From NCBI GenBank assembly GCA_902612965.1, contig CACMFN010000004.1, forward strand, positions 90,355-154,354: a stretch of 64,000 nt of DNA, read 5' to 3'. Made by a program: the position numbers and the translations under genes. The DNA is from an uncultured SAR116 cluster alpha proteobacterium. GTDB lineage: Bacteria; Pseudomonadota; Alphaproteobacteria; Puniceispirillales; GCA-002684695. The first letter of the stretch is position 1. The number at the start of each line of letters is the position of its first letter. The notes under the pieces are model-generated. The model was given only the letters and a program-made list of their open reading frames with translations. It was not told the DNA's origin and did no database searches. Below, piece by piece: positions 26,637-36,171 of the stretch.

Positions 26637-27889
26637 TATTCAATATAGAAATTATTATATCCTAAATTTTCATCAATTAAAATATCAGTAAATTTAGCAA
26701 AATTTTTGATTTCATTAATTTGTTTTTTTAATTCTAATTTAAAGATATTCATAATATTTTCTGAAACATAAAGTTTTGTTTTGCTTTTTTTCGCACTAAC
26801 TATAAAACCTCTGAGTGCTTCTAAAGCAACAAATACAGAGATATTTTTCTCATTATCTTCTAGAGAAGTTCTTTCATGGTTACATATAATTTCAGTAAGA
26901 CCGCCTCTTGTGCCGCCAAGAACTTTGACATTTTTATTTATCTTTTCAGACCAGATTTTAATTTGATCAATTCTTTCATTATAATCTGCTTTTTTTAATC
27001 TTGGCATGTCAATAACTATTAAGCCCGATATACTTCTGAGTCTTATCAGATGCAAGCATAGGTCCAAAGCATCTTCTGTTAGTTTATTTATTCCTCCAGA
27101 ATTTAAATCTCTTTTTGATGAATCAATATCTATTGAGACTAAGGCTTTAGTTTTTTCAAAGCTTAAAGTTCCACCATTTTTGATTTTAAAAATTTTATTA
27201 TAAGCTTCCAAAATTTGATCAGTTCCATTCAATTCATTAAATCTTGAAGAAAATTTATCTTTGATCAATTTAGTCTTTGGGTATAAAAATTGAGCTTGTT
27301 TCTCAAGACTAAATCCATTGAAAAGTTTTTTTTCTTGTTTTTCATCTAAATTTATTTTTTTTATTTCAATCCATTGATCTACTAGCTCTGTAAAATTTTT
27401 TGCCAATTCATTACTAGAGATACTTTCTGCTGAACTCCTAATAATTGCCCCTGCTTTATATAGTCCGGTATCTTTTGCTATGGCAGTAATTCTGTCACGT
27501 TCATCAATATTTATAATTCTTTTAGATATTCCTAAAAATTCTTTATTATCTATAATAATAGCCGAACCGCCCTTTAAGAAAAAACCTTGTTGTGCGTGTG
27601 CAGGTTTATTTTCCCTTTCCTCTGCAGTTATTGTAATTATTTCCAAATCACCAATATTTGGATTTTTGTCGTTTAATCTAGAGCTTACCTCTAAGCCATT
27701 ATTCAACTTATAAAAAATTCTGTTAAGTAATTTTTCAACTTTGATAACTCTTGCACAATGAATTTCCCCTATCCTTAAGGAGGTATTTTCTTTTTCAATC
27801 CAACATTCTAAAAGCCTATTACCTGAAAAAAAACTAATTCGCTTTTGACCTAGGCTGTCTTCAGATAATATCTCTGTTGGACTAGTCAT
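26636..27889 (-). CDS. Ribonuclease E/G family protein
   Basis: S1-like N-terminus (GEIHCARVIKVEKLLNRIFYKL), ALVSIDIDSSK and SGLIVIDMP motifs. It occupies the conserved position between maf and yacG. Confidence 0.8.
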   Translation of the reverse strand: MTSPTEILSEDSLGQKRISFFSGNRLLECWIEKENTSLRIGEIHCARVIKVEKLLNRIFYKLNNGLEVSSRLNDKNPNIGDLEIITITAEERENKPAHAQQGFFLKGGSAIIIDNKEFLGISKRIINIDERDRITAIAKDTGLYKAGAIIRSSAESISSNELAKNFTELVDQWIEIKKINLDEKQEKKLFNGFSLEKQAQFLYPKTKLIKDKFSSRFNELNGTDQILEAYNKIFKIKNGGTLSFEKTKALVSIDIDSSKRDLNSGGINKLTEDALDLCLHLIRLRSISGLIVIDMPRLKKADYNERIDQIKIWSEKINKNVKVLGGTRGGLTEIICNHERTSLEDNEKNISVFVALEALRGFIVSAKKSKTKLYVSENIMNIFKLELKKQINEIKNFAKFTDILIDENLGYNNFYIE

Positions 27890-28469
27890 TTAATTTTTTC
27901 CAACCAGAACTTAATAATAAATTATTAACTTCATTAATTGGAAAACCCATAGTTCCTGTATAAGAACCATTGATCCATGGAATAAAACAAGATGCACTAC
28001 CTTGTATTGCATAGCCTCCAGCTTTATTTTCCCATTCGTTAGTATCCAAATACTCTTCAAGGGCATTTTTAGTTATATGTGCAAACTTTACTCTAGTTGT
28101 TATCAGTTTTGATATTTGAGAATTGCCTGGTTTAATTAAAGTGATTGCAGATAAGACACGGTGCCTTCTGCCTGACAAAAATTTTAGAATTTCACCTGCG
28201 TTTTTTCTGTCTTTCGGCTTTCCAATTATTCTTCTGCCTGCAGCAACAATTGTATCACCAGACAAAATAAAGTCATTTGTATGATTTTTTGAAACTTCTA
28301 AAGCTTTTTCTTTTGACATCCTAAGCACAAAGTCTTTTGGAAGTTCTTTTTTGAGAGGAGTTTCATTTATATCAGCTGGTATAGTCCTGTCAGGCACAAC
28401 CCCAATTAACTTTAACAGGTTTAACCTCTGAGGAGAGGAAGAGGCAAGTATAAGTAATGGCTTAGTCAA
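27882..28469 (-). CDS. maf: Maf-like nucleoside triphosphate pyrophosphatase
   Basis: LILASSSPQRLNLL, LSGDTIVA and GGYAIQG. Confidence 0.9.
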   Translation of the reverse strand: MTKPLLILASSSPQRLNLLKLIGVVPDRTIPADINETPLKKELPKDFVLRMSKEKALEVSKNHTNDFILSGDTIVAAGRRIIGKPKDRKNAGEILKFLSGRRHRVLSAITLIKPGNSQISKLITTRVKFAHITKNALEEYLDTNEWENKAGGYAIQGSASCFIPWINGSYTGTMGFPINEVNNLLLSSGWKKLND

Positions 28470-28501
28470 TTATTTAAGGCCAATATAAAACTTTTATCAA
28501 A

Positions 28502-28720
28502 TTATTTATGTCTGAATGTAATCCTACCTTTGGTCAGGTCATACGGTGTCATTTCAACATTAACTTTATCACCAGCAAGAACTCTTATTCTGTTTTTTCT
28601 CATTTTGCCACTTGTATGTGCTAATATCTGATGGTCATTTTCTAGAGTTACTCTAAACATTGCATTTGGTAATAATTCAGATACAACACCTTCAAATTCA
28701 ATTACACCCTCTTTAGCCAT
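28502..28720 (-). CDS. infA: Translation initiation factor IF-1
   Basis: [72 protein letters not shown]. Confidence 0.97.
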   Translation of the reverse strand: MAKEGVIEFEGVVSELLPNAMFRVTLENDHQILAHTSGKMRKNRIRVLAGDKVNVEMTPYDLTKGRITFRHK

Positions 28721-28798
28721 AAATTAATTTCTCCAAATAATTAAAATTATGCTCACAATGTATTTAAATAAGATATAAATCAACGATTTTCTTACTTT

Positions 28799-29239
28799 TT
28801 ATAAATAATCAAACAGTCTTTGGTGTAATTTTTTAGTCAATACATCCCTGACTTCTCTGTATCCGTCCAATCTTTGTTGCCTGTTTCCTGTTATTAAACT
28901 TGCATCTGGTATATCAAAATACTCAACAACACAAGATTGAGTTTTTGTCGATGATAAAACATATTGATAAGCTTCTTTTGTAAAAGTAATTATCAAATCA
29001 AAAAAAGTATTATCAAGTTCAGAAAACAGTTTTGATTTATGACCAGCCAAATTTAATTTTTTTTCTGCCATAACCTCCACAGCTAAATAGTCAATTTTCC
29101 CAAATTTAATACCGCAACTATCTACAAAAATTTTTTGATCAAACCACTCTTTTGTAATTGCTTCAGCCATGGGTGAACGAATTGAATTTATATTACATAC
29201 AAATAAAATAGCGTTAGGTTTTTTAATATTTTTTTTCAT
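28799..29239 (-). CDS. Low-molecular-weight phosphotyrosine phosphatase / ArsC-like protein
   Basis: CX5R(S) P-loop in ILFVCNINSIRSPMAEA. Confidence 0.8.
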   Translation of the reverse strand: MKKNIKKPNAILFVCNINSIRSPMAEAITKEWFDQKIFVDSCGIKFGKIDYLAVEVMAEKKLNLAGHKSKLFSELDNTFFDLIITFTKEAYQYVLSSTKTQSCVVEYFDIPDASLITGNRQQRLDGYREVRDVLTKKLHQRLFDYL

Positions 29240-29249
29240 TATATAAGCT

Positions 29250-29723
29250 TTATTTAGATCTTAAAATACATATAAGTGTAAATATTCTTCTTGCAGTTTC
29301 ATAATCCATTTTAATTTTTCCGTCTAAGCGCTCAACTACCAATGCAGCGCCCTCATCATGAAGAGCTTTTCTGCCGACGTCTACTGCCTGAATTTGTGAA
29401 GGAGGTTTTGTCCTTATAGCTTCATAGTAACTTTCACAAATAAGTTGGTAGTCTTTTATTAGTTTCCTAAAAGGACCTATCGCAAGATAAAATGAATTGA
29501 GAGAAACATCATTTTGAGACCTTATATCAAAAAGTAAATGTCTACTTTCTTTTGATAAAAATAATATATATGGCCCTAAATGATCTTTTAACTCAAAAGT
29601 ATTGTTTTCGATTAAATCATATATTGCTATGGCTCTTTCCTGTTTTTGTTCTGGAGTTATATTTTCCGATTGAGTTTCGGCCATTTCTATTTTTATGATT
29701 TTGTATATTTTATCATTCATCAT
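29250..29723 (-). CDS. UPF0262 family protein
   Basis: ERAIAIYDLIENNTF, IKDYQLICESYYEAIR, VDVGRKALHDEG and ARRIFTLICIL match the alphaproteobacterial UPF0262 signature. Confidence 0.88.
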   Translation of the reverse strand: MMNDKIYKIIKIEMAETQSENITPEQKQERAIAIYDLIENNTFELKDHLGPYILFLSKESRHLLFDIRSQNDVSLNSFYLAIGPFRKLIKDYQLICESYYEAIRTKPPSQIQAVDVGRKALHDEGAALVVERLDGKIKMDYETARRIFTLICILRSK

Positions 29724-30143
29724 CTAATTTTTATGATTTGGTGAAAAGATTGTAGGCCATTCTTTATTCAAATCGTCAATTCTAAATGATATGTTAGTAC
29801 CTACTAATTTTATTAAAATATTGTTTGAAAATATCAGTTCAATAAAACCTCTCTCCTTTTTTAAAGTTAGAAAATTAAGTATATTTTCTAAATTGAAAGA
29901 GGGAAAATTTTTTTTCTTAACTTCTATAACATTATCAAAGCAAATACCTGACACTATTCTTTTATTACCTTTATTTTGAAGTCTGCTTTCCCAAGAAAAT
30001 CTTGAACAAACTAAAAAAAATTGCTTTTCAACTTTATCAAACTTCATTTCACTAGTTGGAATAGCAGCATCCTGAATTAGAGCAGACAATACTTGATAAT
30101 CCTCTATATCTGATCCATATAAATGAATTTTTTTGAATTCCAT
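29724..30143 (-). CDS. DUF2948 family protein
   Basis: MEFKKIHLYGSDIEDYQVLSALIQDAA...FFLVCSRFSWE. I place the start at ATG 30143 rather than the track's 30182, which would overlap murA. Confidence 0.72.
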   Translation of the reverse strand: MEFKKIHLYGSDIEDYQVLSALIQDAAIPTSEMKFDKVEKQFFLVCSRFSWESRLQNKGNKRIVSGICFDNVIEVKKKNFPSFNLENILNFLTLKKERGFIELIFSNNILIKLVGTNISFRIDDLNKEWPTIFSPNHKN

Positions 30144-30148
30144 ATTAA

Positions 30149-31408
30149 TTAATTTGTTATTCGTACTATGTTGGCTCCACAATCTTGGAATTTCTGTTCA
30201 ATTTGCTCATAGCCTCTATCAAGGTGGTAAATTCTTGATATATAACTCTCACCTTCTGCTCTTAAAGCCGCGATTATTAAAGATATAGATGCTCTTAAAT
30301 CAGTTGCCATTATTTGAGCTCCTTTTAAGTTTTGAACACCAGAAACTTTTGCGACACCACCATTGACTGAAATATTAGCACCCATTCTCAAAAGTTCTGG
30401 AACATGCATAAATCTATTTTCAAAAATATTTTCAATTATTTCTGAATTCCCATTAGCGACGGTCATTAAAGTCATAAATTGTGCTTGTAAATCTGTTGGA
30501 AAATCAGGATATTCTGATGTTTGGACATTTACAGGTTTTAATATACCATCAGATGTAATTTTAATTATATCCTTATCACTTTCCCAATTTACACCTGCAT
30601 TAATTAGTTTTTTGGATAAGCTCTTAAGATGTTTTGGCTCACAATTACATAATTCTAATGAACTCTTTGTAATTGCCGCAGCAATTGCAAAACTTCCAGC
30701 TTCAATTCTATCAGGTATAACTTTATGATTGCATCCCTCTAATTCTTTAACTCCTTCTATGATGATTTCGCCACTACCAGCACCTTTTATTGATGCACCC
30801 ATTCTTATGAGGCAATTTGCCAAATCAATAATTTCTGGCTCTTTTGCTGCATTTAGAATTCTTGTTCTTCCATTTGCTAATGATGCTGCCATAATTACAT
30901 TTTCAGTTGCTCCAACTGAAATTTTTGGGAAGCTTATATCTGCCCCATAAAGCCCTTTTTTTGGTGCTTTTGCCTCTATGTAACCATCTTTAAGTAAGAT
31001 GCTAGCACCCATTTGTTCAAATGCATTAATATGTAAATCAACAGGCCTCGTTCCGATGGAGCATCCCCCAGGGAGACTTACTTTGGCTATTCGATACTTA
31101 GCTAATAAAGGACCTAAAACAAGAATAGATGCCCTCATTTTTCTAACTATATCATATTCTGCAATATATGTTTTAGGTTCTCCAGAAATATATGCAATAT
31201 TATTTTCAATCCTTGATTTCATCCCAAGACTTGAAAGTAGAATGCTCATAAATCTTGTATCTGCTAAATTTGGCATAGAATCTAATTTGAGCTCCCCTTT
31301 GCTTAAAAGTAAACTACAGGCCATTAGTGGGAGAGCAGAGTTTTTTGCACCACTGATTTTAATTTTGCCTTTTAATTTAGCCCCACCTATAACTTTCAAG
31401 CTATCCAT
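30149..31408 (-). CDS. murA: UDP-N-acetylglucosamine 1-carboxyvinyltransferase
   Basis: KISGAKNSALPLMA, LPGGCSIGTRPVDLH (active-site Cys loop), 419 aa. Confidence 0.97.
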   Translation of the reverse strand: MDSLKVIGGAKLKGKIKISGAKNSALPLMACSLLLSKGELKLDSMPNLADTRFMSILLSSLGMKSRIENNIAYISGEPKTYIAEYDIVRKMRASILVLGPLLAKYRIAKVSLPGGCSIGTRPVDLHINAFEQMGASILLKDGYIEAKAPKKGLYGADISFPKISVGATENVIMAASLANGRTRILNAAKEPEIIDLANCLIRMGASIKGAGSGEIIIEGVKELEGCNHKVIPDRIEAGSFAIAAAITKSSLELCNCEPKHLKSLSKKLINAGVNWESDKDIIKITSDGILKPVNVQTSEYPDFPTDLQAQFMTLMTVANGNSEIIENIFENRFMHVPELLRMGANISVNGGVAKVSGVQNLKGAQIMATDLRASISLIIAALRAEGESYISRIYHLDRGYEQIEQKFQDCGANIVRITN

Positions 31409-31421
31409 ATACTATTCTTTC

Positions 31422-31580
31422 TTAATTTGAACCTTTTTCCTTATTTAATAAGGACGAGACACCTATATTTTTTTTTCTATATCTGTTTGCATTTTCGCCT
31501 GCTTCTCTTTTTTGTTGTTTTCTCTTAAGTAAATTGTTTCTTAATGCATTAGCTAATTGTTTTTCTTTTTTTGTTTTCAT
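31422..31580 (-). CDS. Possible small basic protein (52 aa), below the ORF-track cutoff
   Basis: My own translation is MKTKKEKQLANALRNNLLKRKQQKREAGENANRYRKKNIGVSSLLNKEKGSN. It ends 13 nt upstream of murA on the same strand. Confidence 0.3.
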   Translation of the reverse strand: MKTKKEKQLANALRNNLLKRKQQKREAGENANRYRKKNIGVSSLLNKEKGSN

Positions 31581-31704
31581 AATGATCCTTTTAAACAAAA
31601 TTACAAAAAAAATAAATTAGATTAATTTGTCAAATTTAAGACTTTTCTGGATTAAAAAAATATTTATTGATTATAATATATATATTTGTTTATTGTAAAT
31701 TTGT

Positions 31705-31975
31705 GCTGCACTAGCTCAGGGGTAGAGCACTCCCTTGGTAAAAATTTGCCTCTCTTAGGTGAAAACTTAAGATGAAAAGCTCTCAAATTCGGGGAAAGCT
31801 AAGGATTAATTCTAAGCCAATCCCGAGCCAAGCCAATGAGGAAGGTGTAGAGACTGAACGGGAGCAGCCTAAGGAACTTTTCTAAGGCTAAGAGACAGTC
31901 CACTTCTCTTAAATTTCGAAAGAAAAATGAGGAGGAAGGGAGAGGTCACTGGTTCAATTCCAGTGTGCAGCACCA
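31705..31975 (+). tRNA. tRNA-Thr (anticodon GGU) interrupted by a group I intron; exons 31705-31739 and 31936-31975
   Basis: The joined exons read GCTGCACTAGCTCAGGGGTAGAGCACTCCCTTGGT|AAGGGAGAGGTCACTGGTTCAATTCCAGTGTGCAGCACCA. This is a 75-nt perfect cloverleaf, very close to E. coli tRNA-Thr(GGU). Confidence 0.9.
31740..31935 (+). ncRNA. Group I self-splicing intron (Azoarcus-like, IC3-type), 196 nt, no ORF
   Basis: The 5' exon ends in U and the intron ends in G. The IGS candidate GCC (31748-31750) can pair with exon GGU. The P2 hairpin is TCTTAGG-TGAAAA-CTTAAGA (31753-31772). Core blocks TCAAATTCGGGGAAAGCTAAGG (31783-31804), CCCGAGCCAAGCC (31822-31834), GAAGGTGTAGAGACTGAACGG (31841-31862) and CCTAAGG parallel the Azoarcus tRNA-Ile intron. 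A GAAA tetraloop hairpin lies at 31914-31925. Confidence 0.85.
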
Positions 31976-32138
31976 TTATTAAACTCAAATTAATTTATGA
32001 ATTTAGATTAATTTTATTTTCATATTTATTATGAGTGCATGAATTAAAGTAGGAAGAATAATTTTATGATTGATCGCTTGGAAGTGTTAGATTTCTGATT
32101 TAAGATATTAATTAAATAATTTTTATTAGGAATTTTTT

Positions 32139-33104
32139 ATGCCAAAAAGTTTTCAACCAATTTCAGGTTTTGAGCTTCCCAGATTTGCAGGAGTTCCAAC
32201 CTTTATGCGACTACCACACGTTTCTCTTGATGATTCAGACATTGATAAAGTTCAGATTGGTTTAATTGGAACACCATGGGATACAGGTACTACAAATAGA
32301 CCTGGACCAAGACATGGGCCACGTCAGTTGAGAGATTACTCAACGATGATAAGAGCACAAAATAGTCATACAGACATAAGACCTTTTGAACTAGTAAATT
32401 GCGCAGATTTGGGAGATGTTGGTCCCAATCCAGCAGATATCAATGATACAATGGATAGGATGTCTAAGTTTTTCAAGAAAGTGAAATCATTAGGTATATT
32501 ACCGTTAACAGGAGGTGGTGACCACTTATGTTCTTTACCAATTCTAAGAGGAATTGCATCTGATAATCCTGTTGGGATGATCCATTTTGACAGTCACACA
32601 GATCTATTTAATAGCTACTTTGGTGGTACAATGTATACCCACGGAACTCCATTCAGAAGGGCTTTAGAAGAGGGACTTTTAGATCCAAAAAGAGTTATTC
32701 AGATTGGTATTAGAGGGACAGCTTACGATAAAGAAGATCATGAGTTTGCAAAATCTGTTGGTGTAAAAATCATCAAGATTGAAGAATTTTTTGAGCGTGG
32801 CATTAAGGATGTTATGATTGAAGCAAGAGACATTGTTGGAAATAAGCCTACTTATGTTTCTTATGATATAGACTTTGTTGACCCAACCTTTGCACCGGGA
32901 ACTGGTACACCTGAAGTAGGTGGTCCTAACTCATTTCAGGCTATTCAGGTCGTTAGAGAATTAGATGGTGTTGATATCATTGGCGCTGATCTTGTTGAAG
33001 TCTCGCCCCCTTTTGATCCTAATGGTGGAACTGCTTGGTTAGGGGTATCTATTATGTTTGAATTATTATGTATTATGGCGAAAAATATTAGTGATAAAAA
33101 TTAA
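32139..33104 (+). CDS. Agmatinase / guanidino-acid hydrolase (ureohydrolase family)
   Basis: LTGGGDH, HFDSHTD, SYDIDFVDP, GTGTPEVGG and DLVEVSPPFD. The sequence resembles both SpeB-type and GbuA-type enzymes, so the substrate is not assignable. Confidence 0.9.
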   Translation: MPKSFQPISGFELPRFAGVPTFMRLPHVSLDDSDIDKVQIGLIGTPWDTGTTNRPGPRHGPRQLRDYSTMIRAQNSHTDIRPFELVNCADLGDVGPNPADINDTMDRMSKFFKKVKSLGILPLTGGGDHLCSLPILRGIASDNPVGMIHFDSHTDLFNSYFGGTMYTHGTPFRRALEEGLLDPKRVIQIGIRGTAYDKEDHEFAKSVGVKIIKIEEFFERGIKDVMIEARDIVGNKPTYVSYDIDFVDPTFAPGTGTPEVGGPNSFQAIQVVRELDGVDIIGADLVEVSPPFDPNGGTAWLGVSIMFELLCIMAKNISDKN

Positions 33105-33585
33105 TAAACAGTTTTTTTTTAGTGTTTTAGTTACATATTGCTTATTCTTTTTTATTCCTCTAACTGGTCAAAGTTCTGAAATTCAAAATCTTGATGGAAT
33201 ATGGTTTATATGTGAATACAGTATAAGTAATAACCCTCCCAATGATAATTGTGAAATGCTAGATAATGACGGCTTTCTAGTTGAGCAAGGGAACATTTCA
33301 CATTTAAAAATTAAAAATAGTCAACAGGAAGGTTGCAGGGGTGATAGAACTGGACACTGTTTTAAGGATGGTACTATTGGCCTAAAAGCCAAGAAAAGAA
33401 AAATTGGTAATTTTACTATTGGATCCAACTGGGTTGAGGTTAAACATTTAACTTGCACTCAGAGGTTTTGGTTTAAAGAATATGAAAATTTTTGGCACGG
33501 CTGGCCAGATGACAAAAAATGTTTTTGGACACGTAATAAAGAGTTTTATGTCCAACGATACCAAGGAGAACTTAAAATTAATTAA
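33058..33585 (+). CDS. Hypothetical exported protein
   Basis: Hydrophobic N-terminus FFFSVLVTYCLFFFIPLTG and Cys-containing. The true start is probably GTG 33091, which would reduce the overlap with the upstream gene. Confidence 0.45.
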   Translation: MNYYVLWRKILVIKINKQFFFSVLVTYCLFFFIPLTGQSSEIQNLDGIWFICEYSISNNPPNDNCEMLDNDGFLVEQGNISHLKIKNSQQEGCRGDRTGHCFKDGTIGLKAKKRKIGNFTIGSNWVEVKHLTCTQRFWFKEYENFWHGWPDDKKCFWTRNKEFYVQRYQGELKIN

Positions 33586-34264
33586 ATTTGATTTTTGCTA
33601 TTTCACTCTCCAAACTATAGATAAGCACTTCTAACTCGCTTAAATTATTTTCATTTAATAAAGGCATTAGGCTTTCTAAGAGCTTGTCTGCGCCTTTAAC
33701 CTTTTTTTCTTTAGCAATAGAAGCGTATCCAACTGCTTGTAAGAAGCTTTTTTCATCAAATGAAGTTAAAAACAAGTTTGATAAATATAAATATGCCTCA
33801 TTTTCATCTCTTGATGCAGCAATTTTATAAAATTTAAGAGCACTTGAATAATCTTTTTCACCTCCAAAATTATTTTCAAACATCCAGCCAAGTCTTAAAG
33901 CTGCATTTGGATATTTTTTATCAGAGAGCCTTTTGTAAATAATTCTTGCTTTCTTATTATCGTTCTCTTCATTTGATTTTTCAAGATATGAGCTGAGTTT
34001 TATCTGGGCCAGTGTATAATCTTTTTCGGCTGCCAAAGAAAAATGTTTGATCGCTTTCTTTATTAATTCTTCTTGTTCCGCTTTTAATCCAATCATGTAA
34101 TGGTATTTTGGGTCTGAATCCAAACTTCTATTTTTATACCATTTCATCGCATCACCAAAGTTTTCTGATGCATAAATTGAATTACTAAATAAAAAAAATA
34201 AAAGAAAATAAAATACTATCTTTTTTGTGAATCTAAATTTGAATGGATTAAATATTGTTATCAT
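33578..34264 (-). CDS. Sel1-repeat (TPR-like) exported protein
   Basis: Signal-like N-terminus followed by repeated A-x-x-Y/W-x-x-AA-x-x-G/D blocks (AIKHFSLAAEKDYTLAQ, ALKFYKIAASRDENEAY). Confidence 0.8.
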   Translation of the reverse strand: MITIFNPFKFRFTKKIVFYFLLFFLFSNSIYASENFGDAMKWYKNRSLDSDPKYHYMIGLKAEQEELIKKAIKHFSLAAEKDYTLAQIKLSSYLEKSNEENDNKKARIIYKRLSDKKYPNAALRLGWMFENNFGGEKDYSSALKFYKIAASRDENEAYLYLSNLFLTSFDEKSFLQAVGYASIAKEKKVKGADKLLESLMPLLNENNLSELEVLIYSLESEIAKIKFN

Positions 34265-34313
34265 AATAGTAAATATAATATAAAATTTAAATTATTAAAA
34301 CTTAGCTAATTAT

Positions 34314-35111
34314 ATGAATATTTTATCAGACAGGTCCGTATTTAAAATCAGTGGTGAAGATAGCTTTGATTTTCTGCAATCTGTTGTTACAGCTGATATA
34401 TCTCCCTTGAAAGAAGAAAGAGCAGTAGCAACTTGTTTATTGAGTGCTCAAGGAAGGGTTTTGTTTGATTTTCTTTTGTATCCAGATTTTAATAATTTAG
34501 AATTTTCATGCCTAGTAGACTGTCATAACTCTGAAAAAACTGAGTTAATTAAAAGGCTCAGTATGTATAAGTTAAGAAGTAAAGTTGTTCTTTCTGACAG
34601 TGTAAATTTATCAGTCTTTATTTGTGATGAAAAAAAAGAAGGTTTTTTTTCAGACCCCCGACACTCTAAATTACCATTTAGAGTAGTAAGAGAAAAAGAA
34701 ACTATTGACTTTGATTTTTTGGTAGACAGTGACTTTTATAAAAAAAGATTAGACTTGTGCGTAGCAGAAGGTCCGAGCGAAATAACAAGAGGTGAAGCTC
34801 TTCCCTTGGATTACTGGATGGATAAAACTTCACATGTTTCATTTAATAAAGGATGTTTTATTGGCCAAGAAGTAACCGCAAGAGTATATCACCGAAAAAA
34901 AATACGGAGAAGGTTGATATCAATTAATAATCAAAAGATAAAATTAGACCCTAGTAAAATTACGGACAAAAGTTTACGTTTCATTAATCAAATAGGTGAG
35001 ATAGTTCTTTTGCTAGCTCCTATTGATTTAATAAAAAAATTTGAAGCTAGTAATAATGAATCTGAAATAATATGGTTTAATAATTATGTTAAGTTTAATT
35101 ACTATTTATAA
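34314..35111 (+). CDS. ygfZ: YgfZ-type folate-binding protein (GcvT-like)
   Basis: Signature NKGCFIGQEVTARVYHRKKIRRRL. Confidence 0.8.
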   Translation: MNILSDRSVFKISGEDSFDFLQSVVTADISPLKEERAVATCLLSAQGRVLFDFLLYPDFNNLEFSCLVDCHNSEKTELIKRLSMYKLRSKVVLSDSVNLSVFICDEKKEGFFSDPRHSKLPFRVVREKETIDFDFLVDSDFYKKRLDLCVAEGPSEITRGEALPLDYWMDKTSHVSFNKGCFIGQEVTARVYHRKKIRRRLISINNQKIKLDPSKITDKSLRFINQIGEIVLLLAPIDLIKKFEASNNESEIIWFNNYVKFNYYL

Positions 35112-35115
35112 TTAA

Positions 35116-35289
35116 TTATTTAAATAAACTATTAACACTATCATTAACACTTTCTTTCTTTTGAATTATTTTTTTTGCTTTTTCAATCTCAAGTTCTAAT
35201 TTTGAAATATAGTCTTTCAAATCTGAAATATTCCATCTTTCCATCTCAATAGTTTTTTTTTGAGGTTGAAGTTCTTCAAGATCTTCCAT
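35116..35289 (-). CDS. DUF1192-like small protein (57 aa), below the ORF-track cutoff
   Basis: My own translation is MEDLEELQPQKKTIEMERWNISDLKDYISKLELEIEKAKKIIQKKESVNDSVNSLFK. It fits the DUF1192 pattern (LS-x-x-EL-x-x-RI-x-x-LE-x-EI...A-x-x-LF). Confidence 0.6.
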   Translation of the reverse strand: MEDLEELQPQKKTIEMERWNISDLKDYISKLELEIEKAKKIIQKKESVNDSVNSLFK

Positions 35290-35386
35290 TGTATTTATCT
35301 CTTAAATTATTTATATTAAATATGTTCAAATATATATAGAATACATTTAGTAATCATTTTGTAAATTTAGTTTTTGGAGCTTTATT

Positions 35387-35953
35387 ATGAACGCACCTTT
35401 AATGCCTAAAGCAACAGCTGTTTGGTTAATAGAAAACACAGCGCTTACTTTTGATCAAATTTCAGAATTTTGTAAAATTCATATTCTTGAAGTGCAAGCT
35501 ATTGCAGATGGTGAGGTAAATGCAGCCATTGTTGGATCAAGTCCGGTAATGAATGGTCAATTAACTTATGATGAGATTAAAAGATGTGAAGATGATCAAT
35601 CAGCTTCACTCAAACTCATAACATCAGATTTGCCAGAAGTAAGTTTCAAAACCAAAGGTCCAAAATATATACCACTTTCAAGAAGAGGGGATAAACCCAA
35701 CGCAATTGCATGGATAGTCAAATATCACCCAGAATTAAAAGACTCCCAGATTGTTAGACTAATTGGGACAACAAAAAATACTATTGAAAAAATAAGGGAT
35801 AGAACTCATTGGAATATCCTAAATATTACAGCCAAACATCCGGTTCTTTTAGAATTATGTAGTTATGAAGACCTTAATAAAGCAATAGTTAAATCAGGTG
35901 GCGATCCCACAGCTTCAGAAGTTCAAGTAAATACTATATCTGAACTTCCATAG
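35387..35953 (+). CDS. DUF1013 family protein
   Basis: PLMPKATAVWLIENTALTFDQISEFCKIHILEVQAIADGEV is the conserved alphaproteobacterial DUF1013 N-terminus. Confidence 0.82.
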   Translation: MNAPLMPKATAVWLIENTALTFDQISEFCKIHILEVQAIADGEVNAAIVGSSPVMNGQLTYDEIKRCEDDQSASLKLITSDLPEVSFKTKGPKYIPLSRRGDKPNAIAWIVKYHPELKDSQIVRLIGTTKNTIEKIRDRTHWNILNITAKHPVLLELCSYEDLNKAIVKSGGDPTASEVQVNTISELP

Positions 35954-35955
35954 AG

Positions 35956-36159
35956 ATGTCTGAAGAACAGAACAAAATTAAAGCGAAAATTAATGAATTA
36001 AGAAAACTACACTCTGAATTAGATATTGAGATTTCGAAAATTGTTAAAGTGATCCCACTAGATCAAGTAATGTTACAAAGAATTAAAAAAAAGAAACTCA
36101 AACTTAAAGATGAAATTAGTAAATTAAGTTCACATATACTGCCGGATATTATAGCTTAG
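35956..36159 (+). CDS. DUF465 (YdcH-like) small coiled-coil protein
   Basis: LRKLHSELDIEI...LQRIKKKKLKLKDEI. Confidence 0.72.
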   Translation: MSEEQNKIKAKINELRKLHSELDIEISKIVKVIPLDQVMLQRIKKKKLKLKDEISKLSSHILPDIIA

Positions 36160-36171
36160 TAAAAAATATTA

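Noticed and set aside
32066-32098. 10-codon upstream ORF (MIDRLEVLDF) with an AGGAAG Shine-Dalgarno ahead of the agmatinase-family gene
   Set aside because: It is too short to evaluate. I found no attenuator or terminator structure linking it to the downstream gene, so it is likely chance.
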